From an uncultured Magnetococcales bacterium (GTDB taxonomy: Bacteria > Pseudomonadota > Alphaproteobacteria > UBA2136): DNA of 64,000 nucleotides. Where the stretch lies: contig CAXBBG010000002.1 of the NCBI GenBank assembly GCA_963974105.1, positions 127,396 to 191,395 of the forward strand, given 5' to 3'. Under the pieces are notes generated by a model. The model saw only the letters and a program-made list of their open reading frames with translations, did not search any database and was not told the origin of the DNA. A program made the translations under genes and the position numbers. Positions 56,104 through 64,000 of this stretch are shown here, piece by piece; positions within the stretch are counted from its first letter, which is position 1, and each line of letters starts with the position of its first letter.

Positions 56104-57141
56104 GTGATTAATACACTTAAAATTGGAAATATTGCATTGGAGAATAATGTTATTCTTGCACCAATGTCGGGCATTTCAGATGCACCTTTCCGTCTTATTT
56201 GTAAAGAGTACGGTGCAGGTATGGTTGTGAGTGAAATGGTTGCTTGCGAAGCGATGATACGCGACAACATTGTTTCAAAACAAAAGGGGTCTTTTTTCCC
56301 TGGGCAGGGTGTTATTAACGTTCAGATTGTTGGCGCTGATCCTGAAAATATGGCGGCTGCTGCAAAAATGAATGAACTTGCTGGTGCAGAAATTATTGAT
56401 ATCAATATGGGTTGCCCTGTTAAGAAGGTTGTAAATACGCTTGCAGGAAGTGCTTTATTAAAAGACGAAGAGCTGGTAGAACGTATTTTGAAAGCAGTTG
56501 TTGCTGCTGTTAATATTCCTGTCACACTTAAAATTCGTACGGGTTGGTCAGACGACCTTAAAAATGGTGCACGCATTGCTAAAATAGCACAAGAGTGTGG
56601 CGTTCAGATGTTAAGTGTACACGGTCGTACACGTGCACAAATGTACAAAGGCAAGGCTGACTGGGCATTTGTTGGTGAAATTAAAAAAGCAGTAACGATT
56701 CCTGTGAATGTGAACGGGGACATTATTGTTGAAGAAGATGCAAAAATGGCTTTAGAGCAGTCTGGTTGCGATGGTGTTCTTATTGGACGCGGCGCACAGG
56801 GGCGTCCATGGTTCTTCGGTCAAGTTGTGCATTATTTAAAAACGGGCGAGAAATTGCCAGACCCTTCTTTAGAAGAGCAGTTAGAAGTTGTGCTAAAGCA
56901 CTTCGATCTTTCTATTGAACATTACGGTGAACTTCGTGGCATACGCCACATGCGTAAACATTTAGGATGGTATTCTAAAGGCTTTAAGCATGGTAATGAG
57001 TTCCGCAGACAGATTAATACCTTAACAGATGCAAATGTGATACGTGATCTTGTAAAAAGATTTTACGCACTTTGCGCAGAAGCAGGGGACACAGGCTCTA
57101 ACCCGCATGTGGCTTCAATGAATGATAAAACTGCTGCTTAA
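56104..57141 (+). CDS. dusB: tRNA-dihydrouridine synthase B
   Basis: GTG start; [36 protein letters not shown]. Confidence 0.93.
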   Translation: MINTLKIGNIALENNVILAPMSGISDAPFRLICKEYGAGMVVSEMVACEAMIRDNIVSKQKGSFFPGQGVINVQIVGADPENMAAAAKMNELAGAEIIDINMGCPVKKVVNTLAGSALLKDEELVERILKAVVAAVNIPVTLKIRTGWSDDLKNGARIAKIAQECGVQMLSVHGRTRAQMYKGKADWAFVGEIKKAVTIPVNVNGDIIVEEDAKMALEQSGCDGVLIGRGAQGRPWFFGQVVHYLKTGEKLPDPSLEEQLEVVLKHFDLSIEHYGELRGIRHMRKHLGWYSKGFKHGNEFRRQINTLTDANVIRDLVKRFYALCAEAGDTGSNPHVASMNDKTAA

Positions 57142-57180
57142 TAAAGCTGCAATATTTAAATTAATGGATAAAGAGTAGAT

Positions 57181-57501
57181 ATGTCAGAACAATACAACAA
57201 TACAACTATGCTATTAAAGAAAAAGAAAGAAAGCCTTGTTGGCTTAGCACAAACAAGTAACGAATGTTTAGAGCGTTATTTTGACGACCTTGGTGGTATG
57301 ACACCTCCGCCTGACCTTTACGACAAAATTATGTCTCAAGTTGAAAAGCCTCTTTTAGAAAACGTTTTACGTTATGTACGTGGTAACCAAGTGCGTGCTG
57401 CCGCTATTTTAGGCATTAACCGTAATACTTTGCGTAAAAAAATCGCTTACTTAAATGTTGATATCGACCTTATTATGGAACGTAAAGTTATCCGCCGATA
57501 A
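57181..57501 (+). CDS. Fis-family small DNA-binding protein (HTH_8)
   Basis: 106 aa. CLERYFDDLGG...PPDLYDKIMSQVEKPLLENVLRYVRGNQVRAAAILGINRNTLRKKI aligns by eye along almost the full length of E. coli Fis ([59 protein letters not shown], recalled from memory). Confidence 0.8.
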   Translation: MSEQYNNTTMLLKKKKESLVGLAQTSNECLERYFDDLGGMTPPPDLYDKIMSQVEKPLLENVLRYVRGNQVRAAAILGINRNTLRKKIAYLNVDIDLIMERKVIRR

Positions 57502-57615
57502 AATGAATTTTACGGATGATATATTTCATTTTTACAGTTGTTATTTATAGGCTGTAAAAGTGCTTGCTTGAAAAGTAAAATATCTCACGCCGTACTTATT
57601 CATTTATTTGAAATT

Positions 57616-57644
57616 CAAAAAAGCACCTACAGGTGCTTTTTTTT
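57616..57644 (+). terminator. Rho-independent terminator after the fis-like gene
   Basis: AAAAAAGCACC-TACA-GGTGCTTTTTTTT. Confidence 0.88.
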
Positions 57645-57762
57645 GTGTGTTGCAGCGACGCCATGACGAAATGAGTATCTTTCTTTAAATATATAATGAG
57701 TTCTAGCAATTTTATAAATATCCGCTAAACTCAAATATCTTAAAAATATAAAGGGTGAAAAG

Positions 57763-59925
57763 TTGCCAGATAATGAAAAATCAAAAATGAATATCGTGTT
57801 ACGCATTTTTATGTGGCTTATTCTTTTCGGTATTTTAGGTTTTTCAACAATGTTAATGAGCTCGGTTGTGTTAAACCCAAGTGCGACAGGGCCTATTTAT
57901 TTAGCCTTAATTAACATTAACCTTTTATTTGCTATTCTATTCTTGGCATTTATTGGTCACCGTTTTGTCCATATTTTACTCGAAAGACGACGCGGGCTTA
58001 TTGGTAGTCGTATGAACTTACGTTTCGTTGCCTTGTTTAGTGCTTTTGCTGTTGTGCCTACTATTGTTGTAGGGGCAGGGTCTTTATGGCTTTTGAATGA
58101 AGGGATTGAAAGCTGGTTTTCAAACCGCATTACAACCGCACTTGATGGTTCATTACAAGTTGCACAAGAATATTTGGTTGAGCATGAAAATAACCTCCTT
58201 ATTCGTACAGAGTCTATTGCGAAGTCGCCTGAATTGGGAAGTGCTGCCATTTTAATGGACACAGAATTTGTTGAAATATTTTTAGCTAAACGTAAAAAAG
58301 AAAACTTTTTATCAGACCTAAGGCTTTATAAAGGAACAGGTGAGTTGATAGCTAACTCGGATAGTATTCCACCAGGCCCGTTAAATCCAGAAATTCGTTC
58401 ATTTATGAATAAGCCTCTATCGAGCGGTTTAACTTTTAAAGACTTGAATACAAGGCAATTGTTTGCGGTTTCAGAGGTAGACGGTGTGCACTTTTTAGTA
58501 GCATCTAAAATTATTAACCCAACGGTTTTAAGTCGTATGGCTAGTACGAAGGCGGCATATAATGAATATTATGAGCTTCAAAGCCGAAGTGATACTGTAC
58601 GTTATATCTTTATTCTAAGTTTATCGGTCTTAGCCTTTTCAACACTGGCGGGTGCTATTTGGTTTGGTTTTAAATTTGCATTAAGTATTACGAAGCCTGT
58701 AACGGCATTAGTACATGCGACCAATAAGGTGAGTTCTGGTGATTTAGATATTCGTTTAACGCCACTTAATGACGATGAATTAGGTATTTTAACGCAGTCT
58801 TTTAACCGCATGGCGAGCCAAATTCAAACTGGTCAAAACTTACTGACGAGTAAAAACAAAGAGCTTGATGAGCGTCGTAAAATTACAGAAGCTGTATTAA
58901 CAGGTGTGAGTGCAGGGGTCTTTAGTTTGGATGGGGCTGGTGTGATTCAAATGGCGAACACCGTGGCAGAAGAAACCTTCGGTTTGAAGATTGGGGAAAC
59001 TTTGGCACAGGTAAATGATGACCTTGGTGTTATTTATGCCAAATTTATAAAATCGCCGCAGCCGCTATTTCAAGAAAAAATACAACTTAAGATAGATGAT
59101 GAAGCGAGACGCTTTTTATTCCGCATGGTGCCGCAAATGGCAAGTGGTGGTCGTGTTGCAAATGTGGTTGTGACTTTTGACGATATTACAGAGCTTTTAA
59201 GTGCGCAAAAGGTTGCGGCATGGTCGGACGTGGCACGTCGTATTGCACATGAAATTAAAAACCCTCTGACGCCGATTCAGTTGAGCGCTGAACGCTTAAA
59301 ACGACGCTATACTAAAAAGTTTGAAGAGCCAGAAGATAAGGAATTGTTTGAACAATTGACGGGTACCATTGTACGTCAGGTAGAAGAAATGCGTTTGATG
59401 GTAAATGAATTTAGTGACTTTGCACGTATGCCAGCAGCTGTGATGGTTGAAGAAGATGTGGTGCCTATTATTAACAGTATTGTGTTACTACAACAGCAAG
59501 CAAGGCCAGATATTAAATTTGATGTACAGGTGCCAGAAAATGAACCTGTGAAAATGATTTGCGATGCGTCCCAAATCTCTAGGGTTTTCACCAATATTAT
59601 CGAAAATTCTGTCAATGCGATTGAGGAAGATGAGTCGGGTGATGAAAAAAATGACGCATCTGCGATAAAAATTGTTGTGGAAATGTCACATTATGGTACA
59701 ATGCTCGTAACAGTCAAAGACAACGGTAAAGGTTTACCAGAAGACGTTGATGTTAGTAAGCTTTTTGACCCATACGTGACAACACGTAAAAAAGGGACAG
59801 GATTAGGTTTAGCTATCGTTAGACGTGTTGTTGATGAGCATGGGGGGCAAATTCGTTTGTCGCGTCGAGAAGAGGGCGGCACCTGTGTAGAAATAACATT
59901 CCCTCTCAGTAAGAAGAAAGAGTAA
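57763..59925 (+). CDS. ntrY: Sensor histidine kinase NtrY
   Basis: 720 aa, TTG start. 4 N-terminal TM helices, HAMP, PAS, H-box ARRIAHEIKNPLTPIQLSAERLKRR, HATPase (GTGLGLAIV). Followed directly by ntrX. Confidence 0.88.
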   Translation: MPDNEKSKMNIVLRIFMWLILFGILGFSTMLMSSVVLNPSATGPIYLALININLLFAILFLAFIGHRFVHILLERRRGLIGSRMNLRFVALFSAFAVVPTIVVGAGSLWLLNEGIESWFSNRITTALDGSLQVAQEYLVEHENNLLIRTESIAKSPELGSAAILMDTEFVEIFLAKRKKENFLSDLRLYKGTGELIANSDSIPPGPLNPEIRSFMNKPLSSGLTFKDLNTRQLFAVSEVDGVHFLVASKIINPTVLSRMASTKAAYNEYYELQSRSDTVRYIFILSLSVLAFSTLAGAIWFGFKFALSITKPVTALVHATNKVSSGDLDIRLTPLNDDELGILTQSFNRMASQIQTGQNLLTSKNKELDERRKITEAVLTGVSAGVFSLDGAGVIQMANTVAEETFGLKIGETLAQVNDDLGVIYAKFIKSPQPLFQEKIQLKIDDEARRFLFRMVPQMASGGRVANVVVTFDDITELLSAQKVAAWSDVARRIAHEIKNPLTPIQLSAERLKRRYTKKFEEPEDKELFEQLTGTIVRQVEEMRLMVNEFSDFARMPAAVMVEEDVVPIINSIVLLQQQARPDIKFDVQVPENEPVKMICDASQISRVFTNIIENSVNAIEEDESGDEKNDASAIKIVVEMSHYGTMLVTVKDNGKGLPEDVDVSKLFDPYVTTRKKGTGLGLAIVRRVVDEHGGQIRLSRREEGGTCVEITFPLSKKKE

Positions 59926-59927
59926 AT

Positions 59928-61265
59928 ATGGTGTACGAAATTCTTATTGTTGATGATGAAGCTGATATCCGCACTTCAATGTCAGGCCTATTAGAAGATG
60001 AAGGTTACCGCACACGTTGTGCTGCGAGTGGTCAAGAAGCTTTGGATATGGTGTCTGAGCGTCAACCTAACTTAGTTCTGCTTGATATTTGGATGGAAGG
60101 TATGGACGGTCTTGAAGTTCTATCTCGTCTAAAACGTCGCGTGCCAGACCTACCTATCATTATGATTAGTGGTCACGGTAACATTGAAACAGCCGTAACA
60201 GCGACTCAAAAAGGTGCTTACGATTTCATTGAAAAACCACCGCAAGCCGATCGACTTCTTCTTACAGCTTCTCGTGCTATCCGCGAAGCACAGCTTAGAA
60301 AAGAAAATTTATTATTACGCAGCCGTAATGGTGATGTGCAAGAATTACTGGGTGTTTCAAGTGAAATTGCAACAGTACGTCAAACTGTAAAGCAAGTTGC
60401 ACAGGGCGATAGCCGTGTACTTGTAACAGGTGAAAGTGGTTGCGGCAAAGAAGTTGTAGCACGCCTTATTCACAAAAACTCTCAGCGTCGTGAACGTCCT
60501 TTTGTATGTCTTTCACCAGCCGCTGTAAGTGATACAACCTTTGAAATGGCTTTAAACAACATGTTGGCTCAAGCGACTGGCGGCACACTTTTCCTAGATG
60601 AAGTTGCTGACCTACATGCGCCAATGCAAGCACGCTTACTTAAGTTTTTACAAGAAGGTTTTCTTGTAGACCCACGCAGTGGTGCACGTATTGAGGCGGA
60701 CGTTCGTATTGTAAGTGCAACTTCTAAAAACATTAAATCATTGGTTGAAGCTGGCTCTTTTAGAGCTGACCTGTTTTATCGTTTAAATGTTGTGCCTATT
60801 ACAGTACCACCATTACGTATACGCTCAATGGACATCCCATCTTTGGTGCAACACTTCCTTAAAGTTGTTTCACCAGACAGTGCAAGTGTCCCTAAAATTG
60901 CACCAGCAACAATGGCTGTCCTAACAAGCTATTACTGGCCTGGTAACGTGCGACAACTGAAAAACCTGATTGAATGGTTGATCATTATGCACCCTGGTAA
61001 AATGATTGTGCCAGATATGCTTCCACCAGAAATGACGAAGAGTGAATCTTTGGATATTAACATGATGGAAAAAGTTTCTGCATTACCACTTCGCCAAGCG
61101 CGTGAAATGTTTGAAAAGAGCTACCTTGCAAACCAACTGCAACGCTTTAGCGGAAATGTTTCTCGCACAGCTGACTTTGTTGGTATGGAGCGTAGCGCTT
61201 TGCACCGTAAGTTAAAGTCATTAGGTGTTGAATCAAGAGAGACAACAGCTGCAGGGCTTAACTAA
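59928..61265 (+). CDS. ntrX: Response regulator NtrX (REC-AAA+-HTH_8, NtrC family)
   Basis: 445 aa; ILIVDDEADIR...LLDIWMEGMDG, Walker A GESGCGKE, GGTLFLDEV, YYWPGNVRQL, C-terminal HTH. Confidence 0.9.
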   Translation: MVYEILIVDDEADIRTSMSGLLEDEGYRTRCAASGQEALDMVSERQPNLVLLDIWMEGMDGLEVLSRLKRRVPDLPIIMISGHGNIETAVTATQKGAYDFIEKPPQADRLLLTASRAIREAQLRKENLLLRSRNGDVQELLGVSSEIATVRQTVKQVAQGDSRVLVTGESGCGKEVVARLIHKNSQRRERPFVCLSPAAVSDTTFEMALNNMLAQATGGTLFLDEVADLHAPMQARLLKFLQEGFLVDPRSGARIEADVRIVSATSKNIKSLVEAGSFRADLFYRLNVVPITVPPLRIRSMDIPSLVQHFLKVVSPDSASVPKIAPATMAVLTSYYWPGNVRQLKNLIEWLIIMHPGKMIVPDMLPPEMTKSESLDINMMEKVSALPLRQAREMFEKSYLANQLQRFSGNVSRTADFVGMERSALHRKLKSLGVESRETTAAGLN

Positions 61266-61274
61266 AAACTGACT

Positions 61275-61305
61275 AAAAAGCCCTTGTATAATGCAGGGGC
61301 TTTTC
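61275..61305 (+). terminator. Rho-independent terminator (weak T-tract) after ntrX
   Basis: AAAAAGCCCTTG-TATAATG-CAGGGGCTTTT. Confidence 0.6.
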
Positions 61306-61326
61306 TATAAATAATAAGAAGATAAT

Positions 61327-62679
61327 ATGAAAAGTATTGTAATTGGCGCCGGTGATGTTGGCTTAAACATTGCTAGGCATTTGGTGATGGAAGACCGTGA
61401 TGTTGTTGTCATTGATAGCTCTCTTGAGCGTCTTCAACTTGTAAATGAAACGCTTGATGTGCAAACGATTCATGGCAAAGGGGCGCACCCTGACGTGCTT
61501 GAACGTGCAGGTGCAGGTAATGCTGATATGTTGATTGCTGTAACCCAGTCGGACGAAGTGAATATGGTTGCTTGTCAAATGGCTTACAGTCTTTTCAATG
61601 TTCCTAAAAAAATTGCCCGCGTGAGGCATACCTCTTATTTAAAACTTGTTAAAGGCCATTTATTCACGCCCGATAACATGCCTATTGATGTCATTATTAG
61701 CCCTGAAGCCGAAGTAGCGGACTCTATTATTCGTAACTTAGATATTCCAGGCGCATTTGATTCGAACTATTTTGCTGAAGGTGAAATAGCTTTAATTGGT
61801 ATTAATATTCAAGAAAACTCGCCTGTTATAAACATTGCTTTAAAGCTATTGACCAATTCAGCAGATACAGAGTTTGTTGCGGTAGCTATCTACCGTGGTG
61901 GCCGCGGTATTACACCTCGTGGGAGTGATCATTTAGAGGCGGGTGACGAGGTTTTCTTTGTTTGCCGCACAAGTGATATTCATGATGTGATGAACCTTTT
62001 TGGCTTTGAATCTCAGAAAAAAGTACGCCGCGTTTTTGTTATTGGTGGTGGATTTATTGGTTTTGAAGTTTGTAAACGTTTGGTAGCACGTGGTATTTCT
62101 ACACGTGTTATTGAAAGTGATAAGGCGCGCGCGCTTCACTTAGCCGACATGATTGACGATATTACAGTAATTCACGGCAACGCTGTTGATAGCGATTTGT
62201 ATGAGCAAGAAAATGTTGGGCAGATGGATGCTGTTTTAGCAATTACCAATGATGATGCTGTCAATATTTTAGCTTCCGTAATGGCAAAACAAATTGGTGT
62301 TGAGGTTGTAGTAACACGTATTAACGAAGCTAATTATATGCCGTTAATTGATAATTTGAATTTACATAAAGTTGTGTCACCTCTCGAAATTACAGCGTCG
62401 CGTATTTTACAACATGTACGCCGCGGTTTTGTACATTCATTACACACAATTCACGAAGGTAAAGCACAGGTTATTGAAGCACAGGTTACAAGAACAAGTA
62501 AAATTGTAGGAAGTCATGTTATGGATATTGACTTACCAGAAGGTGTAACAATTGCAGCAATTTACAATGCCAAAAAAGGTATGATTTTGCCAAGGGAAAT
62601 GACAATTATACGTGAAGGAGATCGTGTTATCTTCTTTAGTGCGGTTGAGCAGATTTCAGAAGTTGATGAACTATTTTAA
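61327..62679 (+). CDS. trkA: Trk system potassium uptake protein TrkA
   Basis: 450 aa; two RCK-N/RCK-C repeats (IVIGAGDVGLNIARHL and VFVIGGGFIGFEV). Confidence 0.92.
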   Translation: MKSIVIGAGDVGLNIARHLVMEDRDVVVIDSSLERLQLVNETLDVQTIHGKGAHPDVLERAGAGNADMLIAVTQSDEVNMVACQMAYSLFNVPKKIARVRHTSYLKLVKGHLFTPDNMPIDVIISPEAEVADSIIRNLDIPGAFDSNYFAEGEIALIGINIQENSPVINIALKLLTNSADTEFVAVAIYRGGRGITPRGSDHLEAGDEVFFVCRTSDIHDVMNLFGFESQKKVRRVFVIGGGFIGFEVCKRLVARGISTRVIESDKARALHLADMIDDITVIHGNAVDSDLYEQENVGQMDAVLAITNDDAVNILASVMAKQIGVEVVVTRINEANYMPLIDNLNLHKVVSPLEITASRILQHVRRGFVHSLHTIHEGKAQVIEAQVTRTSKIVGSHVMDIDLPEGVTIAAIYNAKKGMILPREMTIIREGDRVIFFSAVEQISEVDELF

Positions 62680-62690
62680 AGAGATAAACT

Positions 62691-64000
62691 ATGCATTTTT
62701 CACTCATTTTTAATATATTAGGCTGGTTGCTTACAGCTTTTGGTGTAACAATGTTTGTGCCTGCATCTATTTCGTATTTTTCTGGCGGTAATGCTTATGA
62801 TAACTTTGTTGTGAGTGGGTTGGGTACAATTTTTTGTGGTATTATGTTTGTGTTGATGACACGTGGTTCTGGTAAAATACTTTCTCACCGAGACGCATTT
62901 TTAATGACATTTTTAGCTTGGTTTTCTCTTTCGTTATTTGCGGCGACGCCGTTATATAATTCAGGCGTTGTACCCACTTATGTTGACGCATTCTTTGAAT
63001 CTGTATCTGGGTTAACCACAACAGGTGCAAGCGTTATGACTGGGCTTGATAAATTAGACCACGGTATTTTGTTTTGGCGTTGCTTACTTCAATGGCTTGG
63101 TGGTATGGGTGTTGTTGTGTTGGCAACTGCTATTATTCCATTTTTAGGGGTTGGTGGTATGCAGCTTTATAAAGCAGAGATGCCAGGTGTAGAAAAAGAC
63201 AAACTTCAGCCACGATTAAAAGAAACGGCTTCTTTATTGTGGGGAGTATATTTAATTTTTACAGTAATATGTGCTTTGCTTTACAAATATGGTGGCATGA
63301 CAGCGTTTGATTCTATTTGTCATGCTTTTACAACGGTTGCTACAGGCGGGTTTTCAAACCATGAAGCATCTATTGGTTTTTATAATAGCCCATTCATTGA
63401 AGGGGTTTGTATTGCATTTATGATGATTGGGGCTGTAAACTTTGGGCTTCACTTTATGTTTCTGTCAAAGCGTAACATCTTTGTTTATTTTAAAAATGTT
63501 GAATTTAGAACTTATATGTTCGTTTCATTTGCAGCTGTTTTATTTTTGACTTATGCCATTACAGGCGCTGAAAATGGTTATCCAACATATCTTGAGTCAT
63601 TTAGACATACAATGTTTAGCGTTGCATCAATTGTGTCGACGACCGGTTTTGCGACAGAGGATTACTCAACATGGCCTTTTGTATTTTCTATGTTTACTAT
63701 GTTTTTAATGTTTGTTGGTGGTTGTTCTGGTTCAACTTCTGGTGGGTTAAAGGTTTTGCGTATGATGATTATATTGAGGCAAGGTATTCGTGAATTGGTA
63801 AAAATGATTCATCCACATGCTATTGTACCGCTTAAAATTGATGGAAATTCTATTGGTGATAAAATTGTGCAAGCGGTTTGGAGTTTTGCAGGGTTATATG
63901 TTTTGTCGTTTATTGTTATTGCAACTTTGTTGTCGTATTTAAATGATTTGAATTTAGTGACTTCCTTTAGTGCGGCACTTGCAACGCTAACAAGTTTGGG
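62691..64000 (+). CDS. trkH: Trk system potassium uptake protein TrkH (3' end cut by window edge)
   Basis: Absent from the ORF track (no stop in the window). ATG at 62691 gives MHFSLIFNILGWLLTAFG...FFESVSGLTTTGASV...LQWLGGMGVVV...FTTVATGGFS..., the selectivity-filter-like repeats of TrkH. Confidence 0.9.
   Translation, partial: MHFSLIFNILGWLLTAFGVTMFVPASISYFSGGNAYDNFVVSGLGTIFCGIMFVLMTRGSGKILSHRDAFLMTFLAWFSLSLFAATPLYNSGVVPTYVDAFFESVSGLTTTGASVMTGLDKLDHGILFWRCLLQWLGGMGVVVLATAIIPFLGVGGMQLYKAEMPGVEKDKLQPRLKETASLLWGVYLIFTVICALLYKYGGMTAFDSICHAFTTVATGGFSNHEASIGFYNSPFIEGVCIAFMMIGAVNFGLHFMFLSKRNIFVYFKNVEFRTYMFVSFAAVLFLTYAITGAENGYPTYLESFRHTMFSVASIVSTTGFATEDYSTWPFVFSMFTMFLMFVGGCSGSTSGGLKVLRMMIILRQGIRELVKMIHPHAIVPLKIDGNSIGDKIVQAVWSFAGLYVLSFIVIATLLSYLNDLNLVTSFSAALATLTSL

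Overview
64-kb chromosomal window from an AT-rich Gram-negative bacterium. Gene content and synteny point to an alphaproteobacterium (inference only, no search was run): dusB-(fis-like)-ntrY-ntrX-trkA-trkH, three-gene pntAA/pntAB/pntB, long-form dCTP deaminase-maf-rng, and tandem cyclophilins after coaD. I can support about 62 protein-coding genes (two cut by the window edges), 4 tRNAs (Leu-UAG, His-GUG, Arg-UCU, Thr-GGU, all with encoded CCA), one serine-recombinase pseudogene, one short tandem repeat and about a dozen rho-independent terminators. Most genes are housekeeping: acs, kef-type antiporter, coaD, ogt, ppiA/ppiB, rlmB, pntAA-AB-B, cutA, dcd, maf, rng, groES/groEL, an acyl-CoA synthetase, the hppD-hmgA-fah-maiA tyrosine catabolism operon, pepF, dusB, ntrYX and trkAH. 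Five loci deserve a closer look. (1) A tightly coupled three-gene operon at 16831-19480: a MotA/ExbB-type channel, a MotB/ExbD-type Asp-bearing membrane anchor with a non-canonical periplasmic domain, and a TolA-like charged protein. It has no recognisable output partner and is my best candidate for an undescribed ion-driven envelope system. (2) A gtrABC-like lipid-linked glycosylation cassette at 7063-12478 (GT-C, GT2, GtrA) extended by an SDR and an FAD oxidoreductase. This mirrors the DprE1/DprE2 logic, and it lies next to tRNA-Arg and a recombinase relic. (3) A minimal chaperone-usher-single pilin operon at 27301-31121, with unusual neighbours that include a response regulator with an unknown N-terminal domain. 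(4) A full-length Fis-like gene in the slot between dusB and ntrYX, where ntrBC normally sits in alphaproteobacteria. (5) Six helically phased 10-11 bp repeats inside the hppD-hmgA spacer. No CRISPR array, rRNA or intact mobile element was seen. All functional calls come from reading motifs in the supplied translations; no database search was possible.
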